Virus record (IMG/VR): IMGVR_UViG_3300031993_000007
Reading direction: 5' to 3' (one strand)
Source of the DNA: a virus
Lineage: Duplodnaviria; Caudoviricetes
Length of the DNA stretch: 64,000 nucleotides
The position numbers and the translations under genes were made by a program. Positions 16,055 to 26,376 of the stretch are shown piece after piece. Below the pieces are notes generated by a model. The model was given only the letters and a program-made list of their open reading frames with translations. It had not been told where the DNA came from and searched no databases. Positions within the stretch are counted from its first letter, which is position 1. Every line of letters starts with the position of its first letter.

Positions 16055-18409
16055 TTAGCCCCACGGGTTGTTGGAGCCGCCACTTTCTTCTCCACCTTCG
16101 CTATTTGCGGGTTGAGCATTAGCAGCTTCCTTAATGATTTCCTCTCTGGCCTTCATGAGATCAGCTTCCTTGCTATCTTCACGAATAGACTTGAGTAGTT
16201 CTTCAACTTCTTCCCAATCAATACCACTTGTGTATTTCTTGATAAGAGCTTTGCGGAATTCTGGACGACATGCTTCATCAGCCTCAGAGGGTTGTTCTCC
16301 CATGACGGTTTGGATGATAAAGTCAGCCAAGGCTGTGGCTCGAGTAGAAGATTCTTCCATCTGCTTGCCATCAAGGGTAGTCGGAGGCGGATAACGGACT
16401 TCGAATTCTGTGGTTCCAGAAGTCTTTTCATTTTCTTTCAGCTGCCTGAACAGAGTGGTGAATCCACGGTTGGTGATTTTCTGATACATGTTGATGGTCT
16501 TCAGAACGTTACCATTCTGCTGAACAAGCTGCGTAGCGAATTCCACTTCGCTCATACCTGTATCAAGCCAAGAAGACGGGAAGCCAGTTCCAGCCACAAT
16601 AGACTTCAGCATGTGATCAAGGAAGTCATTATTGATTTCTGCCGGACGTCCTGCATAGGTATCGAACTCGACAGCTTTCTTGCCATCCACGGTAGGAATG
16701 TACATGGCGTTAGAAGCCGTAACACGGTTGATAATTGCAGTGATGTCAGAGAAGTCATCAATGGTGATTTCTCGGCTTCGCATATCAGCAATAAAGCTCT
16801 GGACAGCGCCTTCGGAGTCTTCATCAAGGCCAGTCTCCACGTAGAAGACCTGTTTGTCTTTGCCCATGATGATCTGCTGCATAAGAGCGCTAAGCATACT
16901 CAGAGAATAGAGCTTTGCGAAGTACAGCACCGGATCCAAGACGGATTCACCATAGGTTCGGGTTCCACGCTTAAAGTGAATCACCCGAGACGCCGGAATG
17001 AAGATCACAGACGTGCGTTCAATAGCCTTGTTGGCCTTGAGGATCGTATAGATGAAATCACGGAACTGCGAGTTCTTTGCAATCCACTTTTTGTTAATCT
17101 TCTTACCAAGACGCTTAACAAAGATGTCAGTGAGCACCTGAGCCTTCTGGTCAATACCTGTAGCTCCCTTGCGGTTCAAGTGAGATACAAAGCTGTACAT
17201 GCTTCGATTGGTATTGAAGGTCAGATCACAAGCTGCACACGCATTCGGATCATAGGAAAGACTGTCATGGGTATCGCTACTAAACATCACGTCTAGGTAA
17301 TAATACCCAATGCAGGTTCCGCCCACTTCAACTTTGATGGTCTTTGTGGGTTCAAGATGACGAATGATGGATCCAGTCAGGTTATATCTGGATACTTTAC
17401 CTGCGGCCTCAGAAGCAATTTCGTATTTCTTTCCTTTAGAAGAGTTTTCTATTTCTTGGAGAGAGTCTGTCTCGGCCATTTCCTTAAGGATTTCAACTTC
17501 ATCTTGGCCAAGAAGTTTATAAAGATTTTCGCTGTATTCAACATTCAAGAATTTATCGACTTCAGTCTCCCACTTTTCCGGAGTCATATCAGAGAATACT
17601 GGTTTAGCAATAGGCTTACGGTCTTTACCAATTCTAGCTACGTACTTGTCATAGTCGTTATTGATGAATTCCTTAACCATAGAGTTAAGCGTAGAGGCTT
17701 CTTCTTGGGCGATGCTCATTCCAGAAGCACTTAGATCACGATTGTCCTGAACGCTTTCTTGTCCATAGACCGAGCCATTCAAGATGTCGTTCACTTCGCT
17801 TTCGAAGTTCAAGCACACGGCAAACCCATCACCGTACTTAACAAGGTCGCCAACTAGCTTGAGAGACAATTCTTCAGAAACTTTGTACTTTTCATCAAGC
17901 TCTTTAAGCAAGGTCTGTTGACTTTCAATTTCCACTTCATCATCTATGTTGGAATTGTTGATGATGAATTCAAAGTCGGTATTCTTGAAGTCGTTAGGAC
18001 TGATGATCATGTCTCGATAGAGCTGAACGATCCTTCCAAGTTGAGGAATCATCGCACAGACTGCATCAATACTGCGATACCTAGAGAAACGGTTAGTGTC
18101 TTCATTAAAGATTAAGCTGGTGCGGCCACTTTCAACTTCATCAATAAATCCATTAGCATTCTTGTATTTGCTAGAACTGTTGGAAGTATTTCGGCTGGTA
18201 AACACGTTCTCGTTGATAAACTGAACGATATCAGGGCGTTTACCAGTTACCGCATAAGAATTTATCTTCTTAAGACTCGCTTTAGCTGCACTAGCTAAAG
18301 CATTCAGATTAGCACTGTCCTTGGCAGTGTCCAATCCGTAAAACCCTTTTTCGATCTTAGTATTTAGTTTACTAACATCTTTCTTGTAAGCATTATTGTT
18401 AGAGGCCAT
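16055..18409 (-). CDS. Putative portal protein
   Basis: 784 aa, late promoter; LVKYGDGF, VIHF..YGESVL, VFYVETG, YIP, GFPSSWL and YPPP pattern match T4 gp20-like/jumbo portals. Confidence 0.7.
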   Translation of the reverse strand: MASNNNAYKKDVSKLNTKIEKGFYGLDTAKDSANLNALASAAKASLKKINSYAVTGKRPDIVQFINENVFTSRNTSNSSSKYKNANGFIDEVESGRTSLIFNEDTNRFSRYRSIDAVCAMIPQLGRIVQLYRDMIISPNDFKNTDFEFIINNSNIDDEVEIESQQTLLKELDEKYKVSEELSLKLVGDLVKYGDGFAVCLNFESEVNDILNGSVYGQESVQDNRDLSASGMSIAQEEASTLNSMVKEFINNDYDKYVARIGKDRKPIAKPVFSDMTPEKWETEVDKFLNVEYSENLYKLLGQDEVEILKEMAETDSLQEIENSSKGKKYEIASEAAGKVSRYNLTGSIIRHLEPTKTIKVEVGGTCIGYYYLDVMFSSDTHDSLSYDPNACAACDLTFNTNRSMYSFVSHLNRKGATGIDQKAQVLTDIFVKRLGKKINKKWIAKNSQFRDFIYTILKANKAIERTSVIFIPASRVIHFKRGTRTYGESVLDPVLYFAKLYSLSMLSALMQQIIMGKDKQVFYVETGLDEDSEGAVQSFIADMRSREITIDDFSDITAIINRVTASNAMYIPTVDGKKAVEFDTYAGRPAEINNDFLDHMLKSIVAGTGFPSSWLDTGMSEVEFATQLVQQNGNVLKTINMYQKITNRGFTTLFRQLKENEKTSGTTEFEVRYPPPTTLDGKQMEESSTRATALADFIIQTVMGEQPSEADEACRPEFRKALIKKYTSGIDWEEVEELLKSIREDSKEADLMKAREEIIKEAANAQPANSEGGEESGGSNNPWG

Positions 18410-18430
18410 GATTTACCTATAAATTCATTA

Positions 18431-18442
18431 CAATATGAAGTT
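18431..18442 (-). promoter_or_regulatory. Late-type promoter AACTTCATATTG
   Basis: Consensus match upstream of the portal gene. Confidence 0.65.
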
Positions 18443-18507
18443 GAACCTAGCTAAAGAATCAAAAAATAAAAGTCTGCACCGGGGTGGTACAGACTTAAGA
18501 CTATTTC

Positions 18508-19608
18508 TTAACTTCCACAATCGGATCCGGAGCAATCTTGGTCAGGACAGCCGACTCCGTCTTGGTTTCCATCAGGAATATTGGGTGCTTCTTTCCCAGC
18601 GCATTGAATGTCTTCTGCGCTAGATCCAGATACTTCTCCCTCTCCGGTTGTTGGCAAGTGTGTGAGGATAAGATTTCGCACTTGCTCAACCCCCGAGCCG
18701 GATCCCCTTTGTAAATCGAATAAGACCAAGTCAACGTTTTCCCTCCCGATGTTGATGGTGATTTCTTCGGATTGTTCAGACGCCTTTGCGCTTCCGGTAT
18801 AACTACCATCTTTCTGGCAGGTGATAGTCAACCATTTTGTAGTCATTTCGGATTTGATCTTTTCGTACTCGACAGTTCCAAACTTCGAAGACTTGAAGGT
18901 TTCAAACTTCTCGTCAGAAGTAGGATTAGAACTCGGAAAGCGTTCAAAGGTATTACTGTCTTCAGGAAGAACAACAATTTCGTCGATGGTCGTTCTGAAT
19001 CCAAGATCGGCGCTATTATCGTTAAGAGCTTCTTCTGCACTGCTTCGGGCAATCGCTACGAGGAGCATTTTGCCAGACAGAGTTGTACGATACCAACGAG
19101 TATACACCTTACCCACTTCAATGTCCTTAAAGGTATTGACAACGGTCGGATAGATGGTTCCGCCAATAGTAGGTTCATAGATCAGAGTAGTGGTTTCTGG
19201 GTCAGCAAGATTTCCAATCTTTGTAGAGCTTACTTCAGTTGTAAGAACCTTCTGAAGGGTTACATTGCCAGACTTAGCAGCTCTGTAAGATTTGATATGG
19301 TCGTAGCCGTTTCCGTTGTTGTGCATTTCCACATACAAGAACGGAACACCATTTTCGTTTTCGTTCACTGTGATGATTTCATCCGGAAGAACCTTACCAT
19401 TCTTGAAATTTTGAAGCAAGATAGTATTTCGCTTGGAAAGAGCCTTGCAGATGGGGCCATCAGGCTTTCCAAACTTGTACGATCCCCATTTCACGGAGTC
19501 TTCTTCAGTAACGAGAAAGTCTCCATGAAGGATCTTGGTGCCACGGATTACGGTGAGGAAGTCGTCTTCGCCGCTAGGGAGTTTTAATTTTTTGGTGAGT
19601 ACGGACAT
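18508..19608 (-). CDS. Hypothetical protein
   Basis: Long ORF; start at ATG 19608 (AGGAG RBS). Confidence 0.7.
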   Translation of the reverse strand: MSVLTKKLKLPSGEDDFLTVIRGTKILHGDFLVTEEDSVKWGSYKFGKPDGPICKALSKRNTILLQNFKNGKVLPDEIITVNENENGVPFLYVEMHNNGNGYDHIKSYRAAKSGNVTLQKVLTTEVSSTKIGNLADPETTTLIYEPTIGGTIYPTVVNTFKDIEVGKVYTRWYRTTLSGKMLLVAIARSSAEEALNDNSADLGFRTTIDEIVVLPEDSNTFERFPSSNPTSDEKFETFKSSKFGTVEYEKIKSEMTTKWLTITCQKDGSYTGSAKASEQSEEITINIGRENVDLVLFDLQRGSGSGVEQVRNLILTHLPTTGEGEVSGSSAEDIQCAGKEAPNIPDGNQDGVGCPDQDCSGSDCGS

Positions 19609-19615
19609 AAGTCTC

Positions 19616-20278
19616 CTAGATGTCAATGAGGATATTTTTGAATTCAACTAAAGTCACAAATTTCTCTGTAATGAACAAGCCAAACGGCGTTCCAAAATTG
19701 TCATCCTTGGGCTGAACTGCAAAGAGCGTTTCTCCAATCAAGAATGGCTTTGGAATGTTTCGCTTATTAAGATACAGAACCGAAGATGGCTCTTTGGATA
19801 GCGCTTGCGTTCCAGGCACACCGATGGATCCGTCTTTAAGGTTAAGCTGAAGCTGTTCTGGATTAGCCGGAAGAGTGAAATCTAGCCATCCAAGAGAATC
19901 AACAATTTCTTTTACAGGATTGTATTCCTTTGTGACCTTGAAAGTTCTGATTGTAACACTGTCTTCAGACTTCAGCAGCTTGACGTGAAATCCTTCTTCG
20001 CACGGAGTAATTGCTCCGATGTTCTTTGGTTCCTTCAAGGCCTTCAGATCTTGCAAGTCAATATTGAAGTTCGGAATATCCGCAAACCAATCATTCTCAG
20101 ACTGCTGCTGGACATACATCGTCACCACCCCTCTGGTCTGACTGTAAAGCAATTGTAACGTTTTGCCCTCTACAGTAATCCGTTCAGGAGGTTCCGGAAA
20201 GGACGAAATCACCTTGTACAAATCTGCACAAGCCTTCTTCATCCTTGTTTCAATGGGTTCAATTTTCTTGGTTGCCAA
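19616..20278 (-). CDS. Hypothetical protein
   Basis: TTG start with GAGG RBS; TATATTA at 20305-20311. Confidence 0.7.
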   Translation of the reverse strand: MATKKIEPIETRMKKACADLYKVISSFPEPPERITVEGKTLQLLYSQTRGVVTMYVQQQSENDWFADIPNFNIDLQDLKALKEPKNIGAITPCEEGFHVKLLKSEDSVTIRTFKVTKEYNPVKEIVDSLGWLDFTLPANPEQLQLNLKDGSIGVPGTQALSKEPSSVLYLNKRNIPKPFLIGETLFAVQPKDDNFGTPFGLFITEKFVTLVEFKNILIDI

Positions 20279-20303
20279 TTTCTACCTCGGGTTAAAGCAA
20301 AGA

Positions 20304-21119
20304 TTAATATACTTTCGTCTTATACTGAAGACAGACTTTGGAAGTGAAGCCGCTGTTCTTGTCAATGCTGATGAGATATACTCTGTAATACTCGATGTTA
20401 TGGATGAAATCTTTGTAATAGATTATATCACCATCAGCATTGCGGGCTATCTCTTCATCCCTAACAAGTCTCTTGGTTTCAGCAGAGCTCTCGATGTATC
20501 CTTTAACCCTGAGCGTTCTACCTTTACTGTCATTCTCGTAGTATATAGAACAAAGATCGTAGTTGTCTTTGTATGTCTCTACTTCTTTCACCAAGAATCC
20601 AGATTCGTCATAGGTAAACTTGTGTGTTACTTCATTTCCAAAGACTCTGGCTTCTATCTTCTGATTCTTTTCGTTATAAGTATTTTCCTCGCAGATTATA
20701 GGAGCTCCAGCCTTGTCATAATTAGGCTTGAAGCATCGAGTCATGTTTCCGTGGGCATCGTACTCATAAAGAATTTCAATTCCTTCAGAATCTTTAGTCC
20801 TTATAAGCTTTCCGAACAGAGGATTTCCTCGTTCGTTATTGTAAGACTTTGAAAGAGTAAAGCCATTCTTGTGACGTTCGGCGGCTACATTCCCGTAGTT
20901 GTCGAAGACATAATGGACCTCAGAGGTTTTTCCGTCAATTTCAGTCTTTTCAAAGACTTTCTTGCCTAGATTATCAAATATTTCTTCGCTGTAGAAGACG
21001 AAATCAGCGTAATACCCAAGCTTTCCCCTGATAGAAATCATGAAGAGAAAGGTAATGGTTACTACGATAGATATCAGTCCTCCAATGCAGAGTAAAATTT
21101 GTAAAGGGCTTTCTGGCAT
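20304..21119 (-). CDS. Membrane-anchored YD/RHS-like repeat protein
   Basis: N-terminal TM segment, then YVFDNYGN, YEYDAHGN, TYNEKNQ, FTYDESGF, YENDSKGR repeats. Confidence 0.7.
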   Translation of the reverse strand: MPESPLQILLCIGGLISIVVTITFLFMISIRGKLGYYADFVFYSEEIFDNLGKKVFEKTEIDGKTSEVHYVFDNYGNVAAERHKNGFTLSKSYNNERGNPLFGKLIRTKDSEGIEILYEYDAHGNMTRCFKPNYDKAGAPIICEENTYNEKNQKIEARVFGNEVTHKFTYDESGFLVKEVETYKDNYDLCSIYYENDSKGRTLRVKGYIESSAETKRLVRDEEIARNADGDIIYYKDFIHNIEYYRVYLISIDKNSGFTSKVCLQYKTKVY

Positions 21120-21134
21120 AGTGAATTATTCTCC

Positions 21135-21662
21135 TTAAAGGGTTGAGGTTTGTAATGAACTGTTTACGAATTCTAAGAATCCCTTAGCTGTCACTGGACT
21201 GAAATTCGATCTAGGAACTCCTCTCAAATCCAACCGAAGCTTATTAACGGAAGGATCAGACAGAATCAAATTTAAATTGCCGATTACCCGTAAGGGGTCT
21301 GTAGAGGACTTATCAACAAGATTTAATACAAGATTCTGAAGGATATTTTTAGATTTAAGAATATAACGAACTCCATCATCAAATAACAATTTACAAGGAT
21401 ATCTTTCTACAAATTTTTCTATATCATTGATTGCAGGATTATTAAAGATTTTGAAATCAAGTAATTCTTCAAAATCGTGTATCAAGTTATAACAAAAGAC
21501 TGGAGGACAATTAATCAATGAAGATAAAGACTTATCTTCTTCAGGTACTATTACTCTATAATAGTATTTACTCAAAGTCTGATAAAGGCTTATGAATAGT
21601 GTAGCTATGAATTCATAAGCAGTTATGATTTTCATCCATTCCAAAGTACTAAATTTTTCCAT
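21135..21662 (-). CDS. Hypothetical protein with an N-terminal hydrophobic segment and the C-terminal DP module
   Basis: SSTDPLRVIGNL...FLEFVNSSL. Confidence 0.7.
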   Translation of the reverse strand: MEKFSTLEWMKIITAYEFIATLFISLYQTLSKYYYRVIVPEEDKSLSSLINCPPVFCYNLIHDFEELLDFKIFNNPAINDIEKFVERYPCKLLFDDGVRYILKSKNILQNLVLNLVDKSSTDPLRVIGNLNLILSDPSVNKLRLDLRGVPRSNFSPVTAKGFLEFVNSSLQTSTL

Positions 21663-22237
21663 TATGACTCCATTGATTTGGTTATATCCTCTTCTAACAA
21701 TGCTGTGTATGTCTTAGATGATGGGCTATATTTCCAAGTATCATCGTCGTCTTTGATAGATCTAAGATGGGTCAGAAAGGATAGAGGATCGATCATAATT
21801 CTTTCTTCAACATCCAGGATCCATTTCTGCCAAACCATTATGAACCCGGAGTACTGCCTAAAAATCTTCTTAGACTCTTCTTCTAGTGAAGAATCATCAG
21901 CATTGATAGCACAATTGCAAAGCTTCTTGAATTCAGGCCAAGTTGTCTTCTCAGAAAACCCAACAAAGGCTTTTGCTATCTTTCCAGATACGGTGAATCC
22001 GACCAGATTTTCTGCACGGCTTATCCAGTTTTTTGTGGATTCTTCCATTTTGATATAAGTAAAGGTAGCATACATCGACTTAATCTGAAAGATATCTCTG
22101 CAAATACTTCTGATCAACAAAAAGATTTGAGTCCTTCTTGTCTCTCTAATTTCTTCAGGCTTCATATGGGTATAAATCACCTCGCTCACAGCTCGTATAT
22201 AATCAGCACGACTCCGTTCACTCAGATTTTTTAGCAT
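21662..22237 (-). CDS. Hypothetical early protein with the C-terminal DP module
   Basis: Start moved to ATG 22237 (GGAG RBS); IMIDPLSFLTHL...LLEEDITKSM. Confidence 0.72.
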   Translation of the reverse strand: MLKNLSERSRADYIRAVSEVIYTHMKPEEIRETRRTQIFLLIRSICRDIFQIKSMYATFTYIKMEESTKNWISRAENLVGFTVSGKIAKAFVGFSEKTTWPEFKKLCNCAINADDSSLEEESKKIFRQYSGFIMVWQKWILDVEERIMIDPLSFLTHLRSIKDDDDTWKYSPSSKTYTALLEEDITKSMES

Positions 22238-22844
22238 CTTTGGCTCCATTGATGGCATTCCTGGCAAGATCCATGAAGAACTTAATTCCATAGCTTCGGT
22301 CATCAGCTTTGACAAGAATATTGTCCAGCGCTTCAAGATCTGTAAGCATCTTGAAAGGATCGACCTTAAGATTAAAAGCGAAATTTTCTGCCCAAGCTTT
22401 CCATATCGGAAGAGCATCACTAAAGAAATTGTTGTCTATCATAATTTTCGCTTTCTCGTAACTTCCGGCATCATTGCACAGTATAGCGGCTAGCTTCAAA
22501 GTTCCAAAGTAATACCTTACAGACAAACGTGTCTTTTCATTTTTCCAGTCTTCCTTAGTGACATTACACACAATGTATGCAAGCTGTTCTGTAATAGCTT
22601 GGCGTTCCTTCAGCCTTTTGTACACGTCGCTACCATTCTTAACTCTAGGAGTAGGAGGTTCCCACGTAATATCCCAAGACGATTGGCCATACTTTCTTGC
22701 TAAAATCATCAAAGTGTAAAGAAACCTTTGTTCTCTCAACTGAGTATCTAAGGGAAACAATTCATGAACAATTGCGTTTTCAGGCAGTTCTGCGATTCTC
22801 TTCTTAGGTATGCCTAGTTCTTCCGGATTGTTTTCGTTAAACAT
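22218..22844 (-). CDS. Hypothetical early protein with the C-terminal DP module
   Basis: AAGGAG RBS, TATATTA at 22870-22876; LKVDPFKMLTDL...LARNAING. Confidence 0.75.
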   Translation of the reverse strand: MFNENNPEELGIPKKRIAELPENAIVHELFPLDTQLREQRFLYTLMILARKYGQSSWDITWEPPTPRVKNGSDVYKRLKERQAITEQLAYIVCNVTKEDWKNEKTRLSVRYYFGTLKLAAILCNDAGSYEKAKIMIDNNFFSDALPIWKAWAENFAFNLKVDPFKMLTDLEALDNILVKADDRSYGIKFFMDLARNAINGAKDAKKSE

Positions 22845-22922
22845 AATTCTCCTTGGTTGTTGCCCTATTTAATATACAATAAAAAAGAAGCCGCCTCTTT
22901 CGAGACGACTCCTTGCTTGATG

Positions 22923-23816
22923 TCAGGAGTTGACAGTTTCTTCAGGCTGCTTAGGCGAGCCGACCACAACGTAGGTTCCGTAGTTATCCGTAATTTCCTT
23001 GGCCTTGAAACGTTCTTCCGTGTCAAAGTATGCAGAATCCGGAATCTGGAAGTATCCGTTAGTCTCTTCTTCGCTTCGGTCAGTTTCATTGTATTGACAA
23101 CCGTTCGGAAGATTAGATTCATTCTTGATAAAGCGCAAAGCTCCGTCGCTGTTGTCGAACACCATTTCTACCTTCAGGGAATTCAAGGTATCTCTGAACT
23201 TCTTGACGGCTTCAGTGATGATAGCCTTCTCGTCATTGCTGAGACAAATGTAGTCGCTCCAAGGACGATTGTCTTCGTCAACTACAGCTGCGCAGCCATA
23301 GAATTTCCCTTCATAAGTGCTGGCATACACGTTCCGAACAACGTCAGTTACAAATTCTTCGCTTTCGGCGTTAAAGGTATACCAAAGATTCTGGACGACA
23401 TCGTCGTTCAGAGAAATAACTCCGCCTTCAACAGAGCAGTACGTTTGACCATACAGCTTTCCAGTATTTGTATTACGGTAGACCATACAGCGCGACGCAT
23501 AGCCCTTTGGATCATGGAGAATCTTTTGCCGGATGTGAATGCTGCGGGACATGATCGGAACCTGCGTCATAACATTTCCGTCTTTCACAAAGAATTTTTC
23601 CTTGATCTGAGCAGAGAAAGCATCGCTTCCGTTTATAATAACATTTCCGTCATAGACAATCTGCTGAATGATTTCATCATCTACAAAGGAAACCTCTTCC
23701 TTGAGTTTGGACAGATCGACCTTGTGGAAGGTGTTATTGTCACGTTTGATGTACAAAGGGTCTCTGCGGACGAGCATGGGAATGGTAATTTTGTTATTAG
23801 GGATAGCTTCAGGCAT
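22923..23816 (-). CDS. Hypothetical protein
   Basis: AAAGGA RBS, downstream terminator. Confidence 0.75.
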   Translation of the reverse strand: MPEAIPNNKITIPMLVRRDPLYIKRDNNTFHKVDLSKLKEEVSFVDDEIIQQIVYDGNVIINGSDAFSAQIKEKFFVKDGNVMTQVPIMSRSIHIRQKILHDPKGYASRCMVYRNTNTGKLYGQTYCSVEGGVISLNDDVVQNLWYTFNAESEEFVTDVVRNVYASTYEGKFYGCAAVVDEDNRPWSDYICLSNDEKAIITEAVKKFRDTLNSLKVEMVFDNSDGALRFIKNESNLPNGCQYNETDRSEEETNGYFQIPDSAYFDTEERFKAKEITDNYGTYVVVGSPKQPEETVNS

Positions 23817-23831
23817 AATTTTCCTTTTTGG

Positions 23832-24131
23832 TTAGGGGTTGATATCTTTCCAAGGCTTGAGTCTCCACTCTAGGAGCTTAGAGGCCGAGACGCTTCTGTG
23901 CAGAATATAGAACAAGCGGATCGCTAAAGACAGACAAAGGATTACAGCCGCTATTTGAGTGATCCATTTTAGAGAGTCCTCTATTCTGTCAGTTACGAAT
24001 GCGGCTATTGTAGCTACAAAGTCTATTGCAAATACAAGTGCAGGGCTTTTGTTGAAGCCCTGCTCTGCTACTTTGATTAAGTCCTTGTTGCTGTAACCTT
24101 TGAATTTCTTTTCAAGTTTACAGGTTTCCAT
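23832..24131 (-). CDS. Small two-TM membrane protein
   Basis: Start moved to ATG 24131 (AAGGAG RBS); two hydrophobic segments. Confidence 0.6.
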   Translation of the reverse strand: METCKLEKKFKGYSNKDLIKVAEQGFNKSPALVFAIDFVATIAAFVTDRIEDSLKWITQIAAVILCLSLAIRLFYILHRSVSASKLLEWRLKPWKDINP

Positions 24132-24795
24132 TTGTTGATGGCTCCTTTGGACTTGATCCAGAGTATAAGAATTTGATCCACGCCGTAAAGGCCGGAATTT
24201 CTCCGTCGTCCAATTCGTTGTCATTGAAATCGGCGATTTTGATTTGCTTCTTTAGCTCATCAAGGAGATTTTCCGCTTCCATCGGATCGTGTTTCTGAAG
24301 AGCTTCTTTGCAGATATTTACAAGATTCTCGTAGTCAATTTCTTCTATTAATGTAGATTGGAAGCCGTTAAGACTTGCATTATAGGCTTCGACTGGAGTG
24401 ATCTTTATCTGCTCGTCAAACAGATTCTTTCCGAAGAACGGAGTAATTATTTGGTCATTGAAAATTTTTCCTTCCTTAAATTCTCCTTCTGGATCTATGA
24501 CTATATCCACTGTAGGTTTATTTAGAGGCGAATCTTTAGGGATTTCTTCTTCGTACCCATAGACCTCGTCACAGCAGTCTTCTTTAGCACCAGCTTTTAC
24601 TGCTACAAAGATCATTTCAAGAAGTTCCTTAGCTGCATTGCTAAGGATTTCCTCTTTAGAATTTAGACTACCTGACCTTGGATCTGAGCCATCTCCACCC
24701 ATCTCAACCTTGTTTCCTTTCAAATGGTAATTACCATAGGTCAGAAGTTCAAAGATGGTGTGGCCCGGATTAGTAACATATACCTTCTCTTTCAT
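24118..24795 (-). CDS. Hypothetical early protein, probable C-terminal DP module
   Basis: TATATTAC at 24819-24826, GAGG RBS; QKHDPMEAENLL...FTAWIKFLY. Confidence 0.72.
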   Translation of the reverse strand: MKEKVYVTNPGHTIFELLTYGNYHLKGNKVEMGGDGSDPRSGSLNSKEEILSNAAKELLEMIFVAVKAGAKEDCCDEVYGYEEEIPKDSPLNKPTVDIVIDPEGEFKEGKIFNDQIITPFFGKNLFDEQIKITPVEAYNASLNGFQSTLIEEIDYENLVNICKEALQKHDPMEAENLLDELKKQIKIADFNDNELDDGEIPAFTAWIKFLYSGSSPKEPSTNGNL

Positions 24796-24848
24796 TTTTA
24801 CCTCTGTTGAGTCTTATAGTAATATAAGCCGGAAGCCGAAGCTTCCGG

Positions 24849-25073
24849 TTAGATAAATATCTCAACATCGTCTCTGTACTTATCCCTAATGTCTTTAGGT
24901 AGATCCATATTTTCCTCAATCCAAGGCCCTGGAACATAGGAATCCTGATCCTCAAACTTGACCGTTCCTTCTGCCAAGGCTTTTTTGATTGGTTCAGAAT
25001 TTCCTTCCAGAATCTTTCTAATTTCAGATTCTGGAAGATCTACTTCGCATCCTAGACGAAATCGAAGTTTCAT
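24849..25073 (-). CDS. Hypothetical protein
   Basis: GGAGG RBS before ATG 25073. Confidence 0.7.
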   Translation of the reverse strand: MKLRFRLGCEVDLPESEIRKILEGNSEPIKKALAEGTVKFEDQDSYVPGPWIEENMDLPKDIRDKYRDDVEIFI

Positions 25074-25114
25074 TAATACCTCCAAAGTTAGTGATAAAAT
25101 TGATCTTCATCAGA

Positions 25115-25423
25115 CTATCCTCCCTTGAACAAGCGTTCTACATCCTTGCAACATTCGGGATAGTCCCGATGGCCGAGTTTCTTCATTTCATCGGCTAAAT
25201 CCCTCATAGCCAGTAAGAATTCTTTGCCGTATTTCTTTCGGCACTTGACGAAGATAAGTCTGTATCCATTGATTTGGCTCTTGAACTCCCTTCCAAACTT
25301 TACAGGAATTCCGTGATGCGCAAAGATAGGTTCAGACAGATAATCATCAATGTCTATGATCGCAAAGTGGTAGAAAATGAATGCCCCTTTGTTGATCCTG
25401 AAATAGTTACGCTGTCTTTTCAT
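25115..25423 (-). CDS. Hypothetical protein
   Basis: GGAGG RBS before ATG 25423. Confidence 0.7.
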   Translation of the reverse strand: MKRQRNYFRINKGAFIFYHFAIIDIDDYLSEPIFAHHGIPVKFGREFKSQINGYRLIFVKCRKKYGKEFLLAMRDLADEMKKLGHRDYPECCKDVERLFKGG

Positions 25424-25877
25424 GTGATTCCTCCGGGTCAATTTTGATCTTGATACTGCCGTCAGAGATCCCAACAAGGATTCTTCCGACAGGCCCATGA
25501 GAATGTTTCTTCATATTGAACCAAGGATATTCTGTTTTATCTGCAATCTCTATAAATTCTATAGGATTACAAATTATGTCGTTATAAAGCTTTCTGATAA
25601 TTGTATCGGAATAGCATGTATTTAAGTTTTCACGAATGGCAATCAGCGGCATTGCTTCGAGATACTTAAAGATATAATCTTGGGTACTGTAGTCCTCCGG
25701 ATGTTTATCCATTGTGCTAATCCACTTCAAAGCGTCTCTAACAAGCCCACTTGCAAAATCCCAAAGTTTTTCGGATGGAGTTAGCTGCTTCATACTCCAA
25801 TTGGTATATTTAGCCTTGAAGATATTTGGGTATGTATCTTTGAATCTTTGCTTTTGTTTATTAAGTCTTTTAGGCAT
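25407..25877 (-). CDS. Hypothetical early protein with the C-terminal NP module
   Basis: GAGG RBS before ATG 25877, TATATTA at 25900-25906; IICNPIEFIEIA. Confidence 0.72.
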   Translation of the reverse strand: MPKRLNKQKQRFKDTYPNIFKAKYTNWSMKQLTPSEKLWDFASGLVRDALKWISTMDKHPEDYSTQDYIFKYLEAMPLIAIRENLNTCYSDTIIRKLYNDIICNPIEFIEIADKTEYPWFNMKKHSHGPVGRILVGISDGSIKIKIDPEESHEKTA

Positions 25878-25937
25878 TTGTTCCTCACAGTTCTCATTAT
25901 AATATACAATAAAAAAAGGTGCTGGGCGCACCTGAAA

Positions 25938-26303
25938 TTATTTGATAGAACCCTCGTAAGGCTTCTTGTCTTGAAGTATAATTTTGCTTACGGCAGATGA
26001 CCAGCGTACGAGAATATTATCGAAGGTTTTGTCATTTCCTGCCGAAGGAATCTTATATCCTTTCTTCATTATTGCTGTGGTATACGCTCCGCCGTCTACG
26101 ATCTTAAGGAATGCGCTAGTCAGCTCGTGCCGGATGACAATAATCGCTGTTCTGCAACCATTGTATCCATTCGGATCAACTGCTACAGCCATTTCTAGTT
26201 CGTGGATGTAGTCTTCAAGTGTTCCATCAATGGTTTTCTTGCTTACTTCTCTAAAGATCTCAACTGGCTGTCGAACTCTTAAAGCATTTGTTTCTTCGCT
26301 CAT
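25938..26303 (-). CDS. Hypothetical early protein
   Basis: AGGAG RBS before ATG 26303; TATATTA at 26334-26340. Confidence 0.7.
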   Translation of the reverse strand: MSEETNALRVRQPVEIFREVSKKTIDGTLEDYIHELEMAVAVDPNGYNGCRTAIIVIRHELTSAFLKIVDGGAYTTAIMKKGYKIPSAGNDKTFDNILVRWSSAVSKIILQDKKPYEGSIK

Positions 26304-26376
26304 ATATCTCCTGGGTTTATGGTTGCCAGGAGATAATATAGAAATCAAAAAAGATAAGCCCTAAGGCTTATCCTTG

